Below, one piece after another: positions 41,856-53,250 of a DNA stretch of 64,000 nucleotides (the first letter of the stretch is position 1; the number at the start of each line of letters is the position of its first letter). The translations under genes and the position numbers were made by a program. Below the pieces are notes generated by a model. The model was not told the origin of the DNA. It did no database searches and was given only the letters and a program-made list of their open reading frames with translations. The DNA comes from Thermoanaerobaculia bacterium (GTDB lineage Bacteria > Acidobacteriota > Thermoanaerobaculia > Multivoradales > Multivoraceae), in assembly GCA_963666565.1 (NCBI GenBank), contig OY762911.1, forward strand, positions 3,264,001 to 3,328,000. The letters run 5' to 3'.

Positions 41856-43160
41856 TCAGTCCGCCGCGTCCTCGCCGCGGGCGTGCGCCAGTTCGCGCGC
41901 ACTCGGGTTCACCGACTCGCGGAACGGCACCTCGCATACCCGCGCCGGGTCGGGCCGGCCCGGTTCCGTGGCGTACTCGTCGGGGAGTTGGACGAGGAGC
42001 TCCGTTCCAACCGCCGACTTCGCCACAGGCACGTAGCCCAGCGCGATGTTGCAGCCGAGCTCGGGTGCGTGCCACGGCGATGTCAGATAGCCGATCGGAT
42101 CGCCGCCGTCCGCGTCCGACACCAGCCAGAAGTCCGGCGCGTAGTCGTCGATCGGCTTGCCGCCCACGGTCATGCCGACCAGGAGCATCGAGAACGGCGG
42201 CCGCCCGGCCTCGATCTCCTCGCGCATCCGCTCCAGGGCCTCCCGGCCGATGTAGTCGCCCTCCTTCTTGCGGGGCACCTGGTAGGCCAGGTTGCACTGG
42301 AACGGCGTCGTCTCGTGGTCCATGTCCTGTCCCCAGGACAGGATGCCGGCCTGGATGCGCCGCTGGTGGCCCGGGGCGATGACCGTGAGCCGGTGGCGCT
42401 CGCCCGCCCGGAGCACCGCGTTCCACAGCGTCTCGGCGTGCAGCGTGGCGTCGCGCAGGTAGATCTCGTAGCCCTTCTCGCCGGAGAAGCCGGACTGCGA
42501 GATCACCACCCGGCAACCCTCGATCTCTGCCTCCAGCAGGCCGTAGTAGGGAATGTCCCGGATCCGCTCCCCGACCAGATCGACCATCAGCGCCAGCGAC
42601 TTCGGCCCCTGGATCTGCACCGGGCAGACGTCGATCTCGTCGATCTCCACGTCCATTTTCAGGCCGACATTCAGGCCCTGGAGCCAGAACAGGATGTCGG
42701 AGTCGGCCAGCGAGAACCAGAACTCGTCCTCCGACAGGCGCAACAGCACGGGGTCGTTGAGGATGCCGCCCTTCTCGTTGCACAGGATGACGTACCGGCC
42801 GCGCATCGGCAGAATCCGCGTCGCGTCGCGGGTGATGACGTAGTCGGTGAAGCGCTCGGCGTCCGGACCCGCGACCCGGATCTGGCGCTCCACCGCGACG
42901 TTCCACATCGTCACGTGCTTCGTCAGCGCCTCGTGCTCGGCGGCGGCGCCGCCGTCCTCCGGCCGGACGTAGCCGCGGGGATGGTAGATGCGGTTGTAGA
43001 CCGTGGCCCGCCAGCAACCGGCCTCGTGGGACAGGTGCCAGTAGGGAGATTTCCGCACGCGGGTCGAGATCAGCAGCTCGACCGGCGTCCGGCCGCTCTG
43101 GCGCAGGTTGATCGGGACGATCCGGTCGGACTGATCGACGCTTCCAGGCTGGCCGCTCAT
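41856..43160 (-). CDS. GcvT-family THF-dependent demethylase/aminomethyltransferase (DmdA-like)
   Basis: TVYNR.Y.P, WNVAVERQI, GGILNDPVLLRL, IQGPKS, SGFSGEKGYEIY, RRIQAGILSWG; GGGAGG SD. Confidence 0.85.
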   Translation of the reverse strand: MSGQPGSVDQSDRIVPINLRQSGRTPVELLISTRVRKSPYWHLSHEAGCWRATVYNRIYHPRGYVRPEDGGAAAEHEALTKHVTMWNVAVERQIRVAGPDAERFTDYVITRDATRILPMRGRYVILCNEKGGILNDPVLLRLSEDEFWFSLADSDILFWLQGLNVGLKMDVEIDEIDVCPVQIQGPKSLALMVDLVGERIRDIPYYGLLEAEIEGCRVVISQSGFSGEKGYEIYLRDATLHAETLWNAVLRAGERHRLTVIAPGHQRRIQAGILSWGQDMDHETTPFQCNLAYQVPRKKEGDYIGREALERMREEIEAGRPPFSMLLVGMTVGGKPIDDYAPDFWLVSDADGGDPIGYLTSPWHAPELGCNIALGYVPVAKSAVGTELLVQLPDEYATEPGRPDPARVCEVPFRESVNPSARELAHARGEDAAD

Positions 43161-43179
43161 TGCACCTCCCTTTTTCGTG

Positions 43180-43279
43180 CGTCCGGCGCGGCAGAAGGCG
43201 CCCGGAAGCTGGCGCTCGGTGCCGGATGCAAGCGAGGACGCCGGTGCACCCGGTTTCGGCCGCTTCTGCCGCGCGGGCG
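43180..43279. other. About 100-bp hairpin in the divergent intergenic region
   Basis: GCGCGGCAGAAG (43186-43197) pairs with CTTCTGCCGCGC (43263-43274), with further internal pairing. Confidence 0.5.
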
Positions 43280-43306
43280 TCTGGGCTACGATGACTCACA
43301 GGGACG

Positions 43307-45865
43307 ATGACCGCAAGTACCTCCGTGCCGCCGGCGCCGCCCCCGACCGTGGCGCCGCCCCAGCGAGCGACCATCGCCGTCATCGGCGCCGGCATCGTCG
43401 GCAACTTCCTCGTCCATCACCTGGCCGAGCTCGGCTGGCGCGACCTCGTGCTGATCGACAAGGGACCGCTGCCCAATCCGGGCGGCTCGACCGGCCACGC
43501 CTCGAACTTCATCTTCCCCACGGACCACAACCGCGAGATCGCGATGCTGACGCTGGAGAGCCAGCGCCAGTACGCGGCGCTCGGCGTCAACACCGCCTGC
43601 GGCGGCATCGAGGTGGCGCGCACCGAGGAGCGGATGGAGGAACTGCGCCGGCGAATGACCTCGGCGCGGACCTGGGGCATCGAGACGGAACTGCTGAACC
43701 CTGCGGAAGTCGTCGGGAAGGTGCCGTTCGTCAACGCCGACGTCGTCCTGGGCGGATTCTTCACCCCGAGCGCGTCCGTGGTCGACTCGGTGCGGGCCGG
43801 AACCCTCGCTCGCGAGCGGGCGCTGGCGAAGGGCGCGCTCACCGTGCTCGACGAGACCGAGGTGACCGGCATCGAGGTCGAGCGCCGCCCGTTCGCCCGG
43901 CCGCGGGTCCGCGCCGTCGCGACCGACCGCGGCACGATCGCGGCGGACCGGGTCGTCGTCGCCTGCGGCGTCTGGAGCCCGCGGATCGCCGCGATGGCCG
44001 GAGCGACGATTCCGCTCACCCCGGCGGTCCACCAGATGGCCGACTTCGGCCCGATCGATCTGCTGCACCGCACAGGGAACGAGATCGGCTATCCGATCGT
44101 GCGCGACATGGACACCTTCATGTACGAGCGCCAGGACCACGACGCGATGGAGGTCGGCTCTTACGCCCACCGGCCGATCCTGGTCCGGCCCGACGAGATC
44201 CCCTCGCTCGCCGAGGCGAAGCGCACGCCGACCGAGATGCCGTTCACCGCCGGCGACTTCGCGCCCCAGCTCGAGGAGGCGCGGCGGCTGATGGGCGGCC
44301 TGCTCGCCGACTCGGAGATGCGCTACTCGGTCAACGGGTTGCTGTCCCTGACGCCCGACGCGCAGCAGGTGCTGGGCGAGACAGCCGAGGTCGAGAATCT
44401 CTGGTCGGCGGCGGCGGTCTGGATCAAGGAGGGTCCCGGCAGCGCGCGGCTGATCGCCGAGTGGATCACCCACGGCTACCCGCGCCTGTGCGACCCGCAC
44501 GGGTCGGACGTGACCCGCTTCTACCCGCACGAGCGGACCGAGCGGCACGTCCGGCGGCGCTGCCGCGAGCACTTCAACAAGACCTACGGCATAGTCCATC
44601 CCCGCGAGCAGTGGGAGTCGGAGCGCGGCGTCCACCGGGCGCCGTTCCACGACCGCACCGCGGCTCTCGGCGCCGAGTACTACGAGGCGCGCGGCTGGGA
44701 GCGCCCCCAGTGGTACGCCTCGAACGAGGACCTGGTCGCCCGCTACGGGGTCGCCGACCGTCCCCACGAATGGGACCGCCGCTGGTGGTCGCCGATCGTC
44801 GACGCGGAGCACCTGCACCTGCGCGAGAAGGCCGGCATCGTCGACCTGAGCGCGTTCCAGGTGTTCGAGGTCTCCGGTCCGGGCGTCGTGCCCTACATCG
44901 AGCGGTTGACGGTCAACCGCTGCGACCGGCCGACGGGCAGTTCCATCTACACGCCGCTGCTGACGCCGGAGGGCGGCATCCGTGCCGACCTGACGATCCA
45001 GCGTCTGGCGGAGGACCGCTTTCGCGTCGTCACCGGCGCCTTCGACGGGGCGCGCGACCGCGTCTGGTTCGAGCGCCACCTCCCCGCCGACGGTTCGGTC
45101 CGGTTCGAGGACCGTTCGGCCGCCCTGTGCACGATCGGCGTCTGGGGTCCGCGCGCACGGGCGCTGCTTGAGAAGATCGCCGACATCCCGCTCTCGCGGG
45201 AAGCGTTCCCGTACAGCACGGGGCGCGAAGCCGTCCTGGACGGCGTGCCGGCGACGATGCTCCGCATCTCCTACGTCGGCGAAAGCGGCTGGGAGATCTA
45301 CGCTCCCGCGCCGTGCGGCGTCCGCCTCTGGGACGCGATCCGGGAGGCTGGCCGGGAGCTCGGCGCGCGGCCGGTCGGCATCGGCGTCTACGGCACGACC
45401 GGCCGTCTGGAGAAGGGCTACGCGCTGATGGGCGCGGACCTGACCTCGGAGTACACGCCGGTCGAGGCCGGCCTGGCCCGGCGCGGCGTCAAGAAGGCGG
45501 ACTTCATCGGCAAGGAGGCCTACCTCCGGGCGCGGGCCGAAGGGCCGGCGGCGAAGCTGTGCACGCTGACGATGGACGACCACGCCAGCGCGTCCGGGGT
45601 CCCCCGCTTCCCCACCGGCGGCGCCGAGCCGATCCTGACCCTCGACGGCGAACGGATCGTGGACGCCCACGGGCGGGAATCCCGAGTCACCTCCGCCGGC
45701 ATGGGGCCGTCGGTCGGCAAGTACATCCTGTTCGCCTACCTGCCGCTCGAGCACGCCGGGGCCGGAACCCGGCTGCAGGTCCTCTACATGAACGAGCCCT
45801 TCCCCGTCACCGTCGCCGCGGGTCCGGCCCTGTTCGATCCCGGCAACGCGCGGATGAAGGCGTAA
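43307..45865 (+). CDS. Dimethylglycine oxidase/dehydrogenase-like FAD-dependent oxidoreductase with GcvT domain
   Basis: IGAGIVG, GGSTGHA (covalent FAD His), GWERPQWY, RISYVGESGWEIY, RLEKGY. Confidence 0.88.
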   Translation: MTASTSVPPAPPPTVAPPQRATIAVIGAGIVGNFLVHHLAELGWRDLVLIDKGPLPNPGGSTGHASNFIFPTDHNREIAMLTLESQRQYAALGVNTACGGIEVARTEERMEELRRRMTSARTWGIETELLNPAEVVGKVPFVNADVVLGGFFTPSASVVDSVRAGTLARERALAKGALTVLDETEVTGIEVERRPFARPRVRAVATDRGTIAADRVVVACGVWSPRIAAMAGATIPLTPAVHQMADFGPIDLLHRTGNEIGYPIVRDMDTFMYERQDHDAMEVGSYAHRPILVRPDEIPSLAEAKRTPTEMPFTAGDFAPQLEEARRLMGGLLADSEMRYSVNGLLSLTPDAQQVLGETAEVENLWSAAAVWIKEGPGSARLIAEWITHGYPRLCDPHGSDVTRFYPHERTERHVRRRCREHFNKTYGIVHPREQWESERGVHRAPFHDRTAALGAEYYEARGWERPQWYASNEDLVARYGVADRPHEWDRRWWSPIVDAEHLHLREKAGIVDLSAFQVFEVSGPGVVPYIERLTVNRCDRPTGSSIYTPLLTPEGGIRADLTIQRLAEDRFRVVTGAFDGARDRVWFERHLPADGSVRFEDRSAALCTIGVWGPRARALLEKIADIPLSREAFPYSTGREAVLDGVPATMLRISYVGESGWEIYAPAPCGVRLWDAIREAGRELGARPVGIGVYGTTGRLEKGYALMGADLTSEYTPVEAGLARRGVKKADFIGKEAYLRARAEGPAAKLCTLTMDDHASASGVPRFPTGGAEPILTLDGERIVDAHGRESRVTSAGMGPSVGKYILFAYLPLEHAGAGTRLQVLYMNEPFPVTVAAGPALFDPGNARMKA

Positions 45866-45868
45866 CCG

Positions 45869-47184
<1,316 letters not shown>

Positions 47185-47188
<4 letters not shown>

Positions 47189-47769
47189 AGCAACCCCTCC
47201 TGCTGCAGATCCTCCTCCTCGGCGCCGGCCTTCAGTTCGCGCAGCCGCCGCCAGTTGCGCGCCGCCTCCGCCAGCCCCTGGAGGGCGAGCAGCGCGAACG
47301 CGACCAGCAGGACGCTCTTGATCGGATACCGCGGCAACCCTCCCGGATCGGACGACACCTCGAGCACCGCCCAGGAGTTCCGGACCGCCGGCCAGGACAT
47401 GACGAGCCCGAAGACCGCGAACGGAACCAGGAACAGCAGCGATCCCCAGAGGTCGATCCGCCGCCGCCAGCGCTCCGGCAGCCGGCTGAAGATCACGTCG
47501 ACGCGCACGTGGGCGCCCGTCAGCAGCGCGTACGCGGCGCCCAGCAGGAAGACCAGGCTGAACATGTACCACTGGAGTTCGAGGTAGGCGTTCGAGCTCA
47601 GGTTCCAGCCGGTGAAACGGCCCAGGTAGCGGACCACCGCGTTGTACGCTCCGACCGCGACCATGGCCAGCGTCAGCCAGGAAACCGCGACGCCGAGGCG
47701 TGTATTGAGACGATCGGTCCAGGCCACGAAACGTGCCAGGAAGCCGCCCGGGGTTGGTGCTGACGCCAT
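47185..47769 (-). CDS. TRAP transporter small permease (DctQ)
   Basis: ELQWYMF, GAAYAL..AHVRVD, SSDPGGL; ATG at 47769. Confidence 0.9.
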
Positions 47770-47892
47770 GAGCGCGGGCAGGCTACCAGTCCGCGCACCC
47801 GCGACGGCAGGGACTGCCGGCGCGGCGCGGAGACCGGAAGCGGGGCAGGCGCCGGGGACCGCGAGGCCTCCCGCGGCGCTGCCGGCCAGCGC

Positions 47893-49224
47893 GTGATCGC
47901 CGGTTCCGCGCCCGCAGGGGCGAGCCTGAGCCGCCGGTTCGCCCGGTTGACGGCGCTCAACGTGGCCTCCAACCTGACCGTTCCGCTCGCGGGCCTCGCC
48001 GACACCGTGATGCTGGGGCGGCTCGACGACGTCCGCTTCCTGGCCGGCGTCATCCTGGCGGCGCTGATCTTCGACTACCTCTACTTCGGCTGCGCGTTCC
48101 TGCGCATGAGCACGACCGGCATGACGGCGCAGTCCTGCGGCCGGGGAGATCCGCTGGAGATCGCGGCCCACCTCTACCGCGCCCTCCTGATCGCGGCCGT
48201 CCTGGGCGCCCTGGCGCTCCTGCTGCGGGATCCGATGGGCGACCTCGGCTTCCGTCTTCTCGCCGGCGAGCCGGAAGTGGAGAACGCGGGCCGCGAGTAC
48301 TTCGACGCCCGCATCTGGGGCGCGCCGGCGACGCTCGCCAACCTCGCGTTGACCGGCTGGTTCCTGGGCCGCGCGCAGGCGGCCCGCGCCCTGGCCGTCG
48401 TCGCGGCGGCGAACCTCGGCAACGTGGCGCTCAACTGGTGGTTCATCGTCCACCTCGGCTGGGCGGCCTTCGGAGCCGGCGTCGCCACCGCGGCCGCGCA
48501 GTGGCTGGGGGCACTCCTCGGGCTGGCGCTGGCCGTGGGCGCCGGCCTGCCGGCCGTCTCCTGGCGGCGGCTCCTGGACTCCGCCGAGCTGCGCCGCATC
48601 GTCGCGCTCAACGGCCACCTCGTGATCCGAACGCTGTTCCTGGTCACGGCCTTCGCCGCCTTCACGAACCTGAGCGCTCTCTTCGGCACCGCCAGGCTGG
48701 CCGCCAACGGCCTCGTCCTGCGCCTGCTGGGCGTGGCCTCCTACCTGATCGACGGCGCCGCGTTCGCCGGCGAAACCCTGGCGGGAGCGGCGTTCGGCGC
48801 CGGCGACCGCGCCGGACTGCGGCGGGTCCTCGTTCTCACCGTGCTCGTCGCCGAGGCGTGCGCGATCGTCTTCCTGCTTCCCGTCCTGATCCTGCCGGAG
48901 TCGATCTACGGCCTGCTCGCCGACTACCCGGACGTCGTCGACCTCGCGGCCGCCAGCAACGTGTGGCTGCTGCCGGTACTCCTCTTCGCCGCCCTCGCCT
49001 ACGCCTTCGACGGGTTCTTCCTGGGCCTGACGCGGGGCAGGCTGCTGAGCCGCGCGATGGCGGTCAGCCTGGCGGCGGGCTTCGCTCCCTTCGCCTGGGC
49101 GGCGGTCCACTTCCGGGACCAGCACCTCCTCTGGCTCGGCATGGTCGGCCTGATGGCGGCGAGGGCTGGAACGCTCGGCTACGCGGCGCGCCGGTACTTC
49201 ACGCCGGACCGCGGCGGCGCCTGA
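47893..49224 (+). CDS. MATE family efflux transporter (DinF-like)
   Basis: SNLTVPLAGLADT, FLRMSTTG.TAQ, RIWGAPA, DG.AFA.E, FDG.F.G. Confidence 0.88.
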   Translation: MIAGSAPAGASLSRRFARLTALNVASNLTVPLAGLADTVMLGRLDDVRFLAGVILAALIFDYLYFGCAFLRMSTTGMTAQSCGRGDPLEIAAHLYRALLIAAVLGALALLLRDPMGDLGFRLLAGEPEVENAGREYFDARIWGAPATLANLALTGWFLGRAQAARALAVVAAANLGNVALNWWFIVHLGWAAFGAGVATAAAQWLGALLGLALAVGAGLPAVSWRRLLDSAELRRIVALNGHLVIRTLFLVTAFAAFTNLSALFGTARLAANGLVLRLLGVASYLIDGAAFAGETLAGAAFGAGDRAGLRRVLVLTVLVAEACAIVFLLPVLILPESIYGLLADYPDVVDLAAASNVWLLPVLLFAALAYAFDGFFLGLTRGRLLSRAMAVSLAAGFAPFAWAAVHFRDQHLLWLGMVGLMAARAGTLGYAARRYFTPDRGGA

Positions 49225-49309
49225 GAAGAGAAGCCGCGGCAGCCGGGGCAGCGGCTACACTCCGGGCCGCCGGCACATCGTCCACCAGCCCCGGGGAGGC
49301 CGAACGCAC

Positions 49310-50095
49310 ATGGGAAAGCTCGAAGGAAAGACCGCCCTGGTAACCGGCGGCGGCACCGGCATCGGCCGGGCCACCGCGCTAATGTTCGCGCGCGAGGGCG
49401 CGTCGGTCGTCGTGTCCGGCCGTCGAATCGAGCCGCTGGAAGCGGTCGTCGCGGAGATCGAGGCGGCCGGCGGCGCCGCCTGGGCCCACTCCGCGGACAT
49501 GGAGGACCCGGAAGCCGTTCGGGGACTGGCCGCGGCCATCCTCGCACGCCACGACACGATCGACGTTCTGGTCCACAACGCCGGCCACAGCTCGAAGGTG
49601 CGCAGTACCCGCTACATCTCGCAGGAGGAGTGGGACAGCGTCATCGCGGTCAACGCCACCGGCCCCGCGATGCTGACCAAGGCCCTGCTGCCGGCGATGC
49701 TCGACCGCGGCGGCGCCACCGTCATCATGGTCTCCTCGATGGCGGCGATCCGGCCCGGCGTCATGGCGGGCACGGCCTACGGCGCGGCCAAGGCGGCTTC
49801 CCGGAACTACATCATGGGGCTCGGCGCCGAACTGCGCCAGCTCGGCATCCGCGCCACCAGCGTCCTTCCCGGCGAGGTCGACACGCCGATCCTCGACAAC
49901 CGGCCCCGGCCGCCGTCGGAAGAGGAACGGGCCGGGATGATGGCGTCCGAAGACATCGCCGAGGCGATCCTCACCGCGGCGGCTCTGCCCGAGCGCACCG
50001 TGATCGAGGAGATGACCCTGATGCCGACGAAGCTGCGCGACTACTCCGCCGACATCGCCGCGGCGCGGACTCTCGGCGCCCCCGAGGAGGGTTGA
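49310..50095 (+). CDS. Short-chain dehydrogenase/reductase
   Basis: TGGGTGIG, HNAG, YGAAK, PGEVDT. Confidence 0.9.
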   Translation: MGKLEGKTALVTGGGTGIGRATALMFAREGASVVVSGRRIEPLEAVVAEIEAAGGAAWAHSADMEDPEAVRGLAAAILARHDTIDVLVHNAGHSSKVRSTRYISQEEWDSVIAVNATGPAMLTKALLPAMLDRGGATVIMVSSMAAIRPGVMAGTAYGAAKAASRNYIMGLGAELRQLGIRATSVLPGEVDTPILDNRPRPPSEEERAGMMASEDIAEAILTAAALPERTVIEEMTLMPTKLRDYSADIAAARTLGAPEEG

Positions 50096-50171
50096 CCATG
50101 TCTGGGAAGCCGCGCAACGGCGCCGGCGCGGCGCTGCCAAGCGCTCCCGGCCCGCTGCAGGAGGATTGTCC

Positions 50172-50675
50172 ATGCCGACGATGACCCACGCCGAACGCGA
50201 CGCCTTCCTCGCCGAGCCCGGTATCCTGATGCGGATCGGCACCGTCTGCGACGACGGCCGGCCCCTGGTGACGCCGATCTGGTTCATCTTCGAGGAAGGC
50301 GCGATCTGGTTTACCCCTCGGGAGAACTCCGCCTGGTTCGCCAATCTGCGCCGCGATCCGCGAACCTGCCTCGCCATCGACGAACAGGACCTCCCCTACC
50401 GCAAGGTCCTGGTCGAGGGCGAGGCGGAACTCGTGCACGACATCGGCGTCGACGACGTCTGGCGCGACCGCTACCGCCGCATCGCCTGCCGCTACGTCCC
50501 GGAGGACGCCGCCGAGGACTACATCCAGGCAACGATCGACCAGCCGCGGGGCCTCTACCGGCTGCCCCTGGAGTCGGCCGCCGTCCGCACCTGGCGCATG
50601 CCGATCGACGACGAGGACCAGGCGGGCATCTGGCACCAGCGCTACTACCGTCCGGGGACGAAGCTCAGGCGCTGA
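50172..50675 (+). CDS. Pyridoxamine 5'-phosphate oxidase-family (PPOX) protein
   Basis: IGTV..DGRP.VTPIWF, NLRRDPR, V.VEG.AE; GAGGA SD. Confidence 0.8.
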   Translation: MPTMTHAERDAFLAEPGILMRIGTVCDDGRPLVTPIWFIFEEGAIWFTPRENSAWFANLRRDPRTCLAIDEQDLPYRKVLVEGEAELVHDIGVDDVWRDRYRRIACRYVPEDAAEDYIQATIDQPRGLYRLPLESAAVRTWRMPIDDEDQAGIWHQRYYRPGTKLRR

Positions 50676-50767
50676 TCTCCGCGGAGAGCACGCTAGACGG
50701 CCGCGGCTGGCTTCTCCTGCCCTCCGACCGCGCCGCCGAATCGCCGCGGCCTTCGGCCCGTCCGGCG

Positions 50768-51328
50768 TCATGCCGTCTCTTCGGACCTTTCCGGAACTCG
50801 TCGTTCGGTCAGTTCGCGAACCGCCGCCCAGACCAGGACGGCGATCGGCGCGGCGGCCAGCAACGCCGTCGCGAAGCGGCTCGCCGCGGTGTTCCACGGC
50901 AGCAGCAGCCAGTCGATCGCCGTGGGCGCAAGGAAGAGGAGGATCCGCCGGGGCCGGTCGAGCAGCCAGTCGCGGAACCGGCGAACGCGTGGAAGCACGG
51001 CCAGCCCCAGGGTGAAGCCGACGTAGAACCCGAAACAGCGGTGGCAGACCGCCAGCGGGTGGCCCGCCAGGTGAAAGCAGCGCTCGGCGATCTGGTGGCA
51101 GACCGGCGCGAAGATCTCGTAGAGCACCGGCCCCAGCCGCCCGCCGGGCGCGGCGGCGAGAGGCGCGGCGACGACCATGCCGATCGCCAGGCAACAAGCC
51201 GCGGCCACCGCCGCGGTCATCCGGCCAGTGGTCGCCAGCGCGGAGAGTACCGTTCCCGTCGAGCCCGGGCCCTCGGAAGCTGCGGCGAAGACGCTTCCGG
51301 GCGAGACTTCGGGACGCCGGCGGAGCAT
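50768..51328 (-). CDS. DUF2085-like membrane protein
   Basis: CHQ..ERCF...G.PLAVCHRCFGFY.G motif; start uncertain. Confidence 0.75.
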   Translation of the reverse strand: MLRRRPEVSPGSVFAAASEGPGSTGTVLSALATTGRMTAAVAAACCLAIGMVVAAPLAAAPGGRLGPVLYEIFAPVCHQIAERCFHLAGHPLAVCHRCFGFYVGFTLGLAVLPRVRRFRDWLLDRPRRILLFLAPTAIDWLLLPWNTAASRFATALLAAAPIAVLVWAAVRELTERRVPERSEETA

Positions 51329-51379
51329 TGCGAGTTAGTCTAGCGATTCCACCAGCCCCTGAGTTCAGAAGGAGCCTCC

Positions 51380-51856
51380 ATGTCCCAGAACCGCATCAAG
51401 GCCATCGCCATCGGCGGCGGCGCCGCCGGCATTGCCAGTCAGGTCCCGATTCTCAACATTCTCAACGTCCTGTGCTGCGCGCTGATCGTCGGTGGCGCGA
51501 TCCTCGCCGTCTACCTGGCGTTCCGGGGCGAGGACGCGACGGAGAGCCCGTACGGCGCCGGCGCCGGAATCGGCGCTCTGTCCGGCGTGGTCGCCGCGGT
51601 GGTCGGGACGATCGTCTCCATCCCCGTCACCCTGATCTTCGGCAACGTGGCGGCGGAGACGCTCCAGGAGCTTCTCGAGAACGACGGGATCCAGCTCGAA
51701 GGGGCGCCCAGGCAGATGATCGAGTCGTTCGCGGGTTCCGGCGATTCCATCGGCGCCCTGGCCCTGATGACCGGCCTGGTCTTCAGCCTGATCGTCAACA
51801 GCATCTTCGGCGCCCTCGGCGGCGTCCTCGGCGCGGCCTTCTTCCGCAAGAAGTAG
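51380..51856 (+). CDS. Hypothetical multi-TM membrane protein
   Basis: AAGGAG SD; Gly-rich hydrophobic helices, LCCAL, FGALGGVLGAAFF. Confidence 0.75.
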   Translation: MSQNRIKAIAIGGGAAGIASQVPILNILNVLCCALIVGGAILAVYLAFRGEDATESPYGAGAGIGALSGVVAAVVGTIVSIPVTLIFGNVAAETLQELLENDGIQLEGAPRQMIESFAGSGDSIGALALMTGLVFSLIVNSIFGALGGVLGAAFFRKK

Positions 51857-51951
51857 AGCCACAGGACCACCGCGACGGCGGGCCAGCCCGCCCGCGACTC
51901 GCCGCTCCGGCCTCCGCGGCATCGGTATGATCCCCTCGTGGGGATCGATCG

Positions 51952-53250
51952 GTGAGCGGCTGGAACTCGATTCCCGAACTGGGCGGCCTGATCGGCAAGG
52001 AGGTCCGGCTGCGCGGCTGGGTCGACGCCCGCCGTTCCAGTGGGCGGATCGGCTTCATCCAGCTCCGGGAGTCGGGCGCCACCGTCCAGCTCGTCGTCAG
52101 CCGCAAGCGGGTCGACGACGCCTCCTGGGACGTGCTCCAGCACGCCGGTCAGGAATCGACGATCGCGGTGACCGGCACGGCCGCGGCCGATCCCCGTTCG
52201 CCCGGGGGCGTGGAGGTGCAGGTGTCGTCGCTGGCCCTCGTTCACGCCGCGGAGGCGTACCCGATCACGCCCAAGGAGCACGGCACCGCGTTCCTGATGG
52301 ACCATCGCCACCTCTGGCTGCGCTCCAGCCGCCAGCGCGCGGTGCTGCGGATCCGCAGCGAGGTATGCCAGGCGATCCACGACTTCCACCGCGAACGCGG
52401 CTACTACCTGGTCGATTCGCCGATCCTGACGCCGGCCGCCTGCGAGGGCACGTCGACCCTGTTCGAGACGCCGTACTTCGATCATGGCAACGCGTACCTC
52501 AGCCAGTCCGGCCAGCTCTACCTGGAACCGGCTGCCGCCGCGCTCGGCAAGGTGTACTGCTTCGGCCCCACCTTCCGGGCCGAGAAGTCGAAGACGCGCC
52601 GCCACCTGATGGAGTTCTGGATGGTCGAGCCGGAGGCCGCTTTTCTCGACTTCGAGGGCCTGTGCGAACTCGCCGAGGACTTCGTCGTCTACCTGGCGGA
52701 GCGGGTCCTGGAGAACTGCGCCGACCCGCTCGCCGTCCTGGAGCGCGACGTCGCGAAGCTCGAAGCGATCCGCAAGCCCTTCCCCCGTCTGCGCTACGCC
52801 GAGGCGATCGAGCTGCTCCGCGGGCAGGGCTCGGAGATCGAGTTCGGCGAGGACTTCGGCGCGCCCGAGGAGACCGCGGTCGCCGAGCGGTTCGACCGGC
52901 CGGTCATGGTCACCCACTACCCGGCGTCGCTGAAGGCCTTCTACATGGAACCCGATCCGGACGATCCGTCGCTGGCTCTGGCGCTCGACGTGATCGCCCC
53001 GGAGGGCTACGGAGAGATCATCGGCGGCAGCCAGCGCATCCACGACCACGACCTGCTGCTCACCCGGCTCAGGGAGCACGACCTGCCGCTCGACGCCTTC
53101 CAGTGGTATCTGGACATCCGCCGCTGGGGCACCTTCGAGCACAGCGGCTTCGGCATGGGCGTCGAACGCTTCGTCGCCTGGATGGCCGGCGTGCCCCACC
53201 TGCGGGAGACGATCCCCTACCCGCGCACGATGGACCGGATCTACCCCTGA
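51952..53250 (+). CDS. asnS: Asparagine--tRNA ligase
   Basis: OB-fold N-terminus, YLSQSGQLY, FRAEKSKTRRHL.EFWM.E, GEIIGGSQR, GFGMGVER. Confidence 0.95.
   Translation: MSGWNSIPELGGLIGKEVRLRGWVDARRSSGRIGFIQLRESGATVQLVVSRKRVDDASWDVLQHAGQESTIAVTGTAAADPRSPGGVEVQVSSLALVHAAEAYPITPKEHGTAFLMDHRHLWLRSSRQRAVLRIRSEVCQAIHDFHRERGYYLVDSPILTPAACEGTSTLFETPYFDHGNAYLSQSGQLYLEPAAAALGKVYCFGPTFRAEKSKTRRHLMEFWMVEPEAAFLDFEGLCELAEDFVVYLAERVLENCADPLAVLERDVAKLEAIRKPFPRLRYAEAIELLRGQGSEIEFGEDFGAPEETAVAERFDRPVMVTHYPASLKAFYMEPDPDDPSLALALDVIAPEGYGEIIGGSQRIHDHDLLLTRLREHDLPLDAFQWYLDIRRWGTFEHSGFGMGVERFVAWMAGVPHLRETIPYPRTMDRIYP

Noticed and set aside
40846-43404. 852-aa MetF fusion
   Set aside because: The upstream part is an alternative frame over the DmdA-like gene, which has its own stop at 41856.
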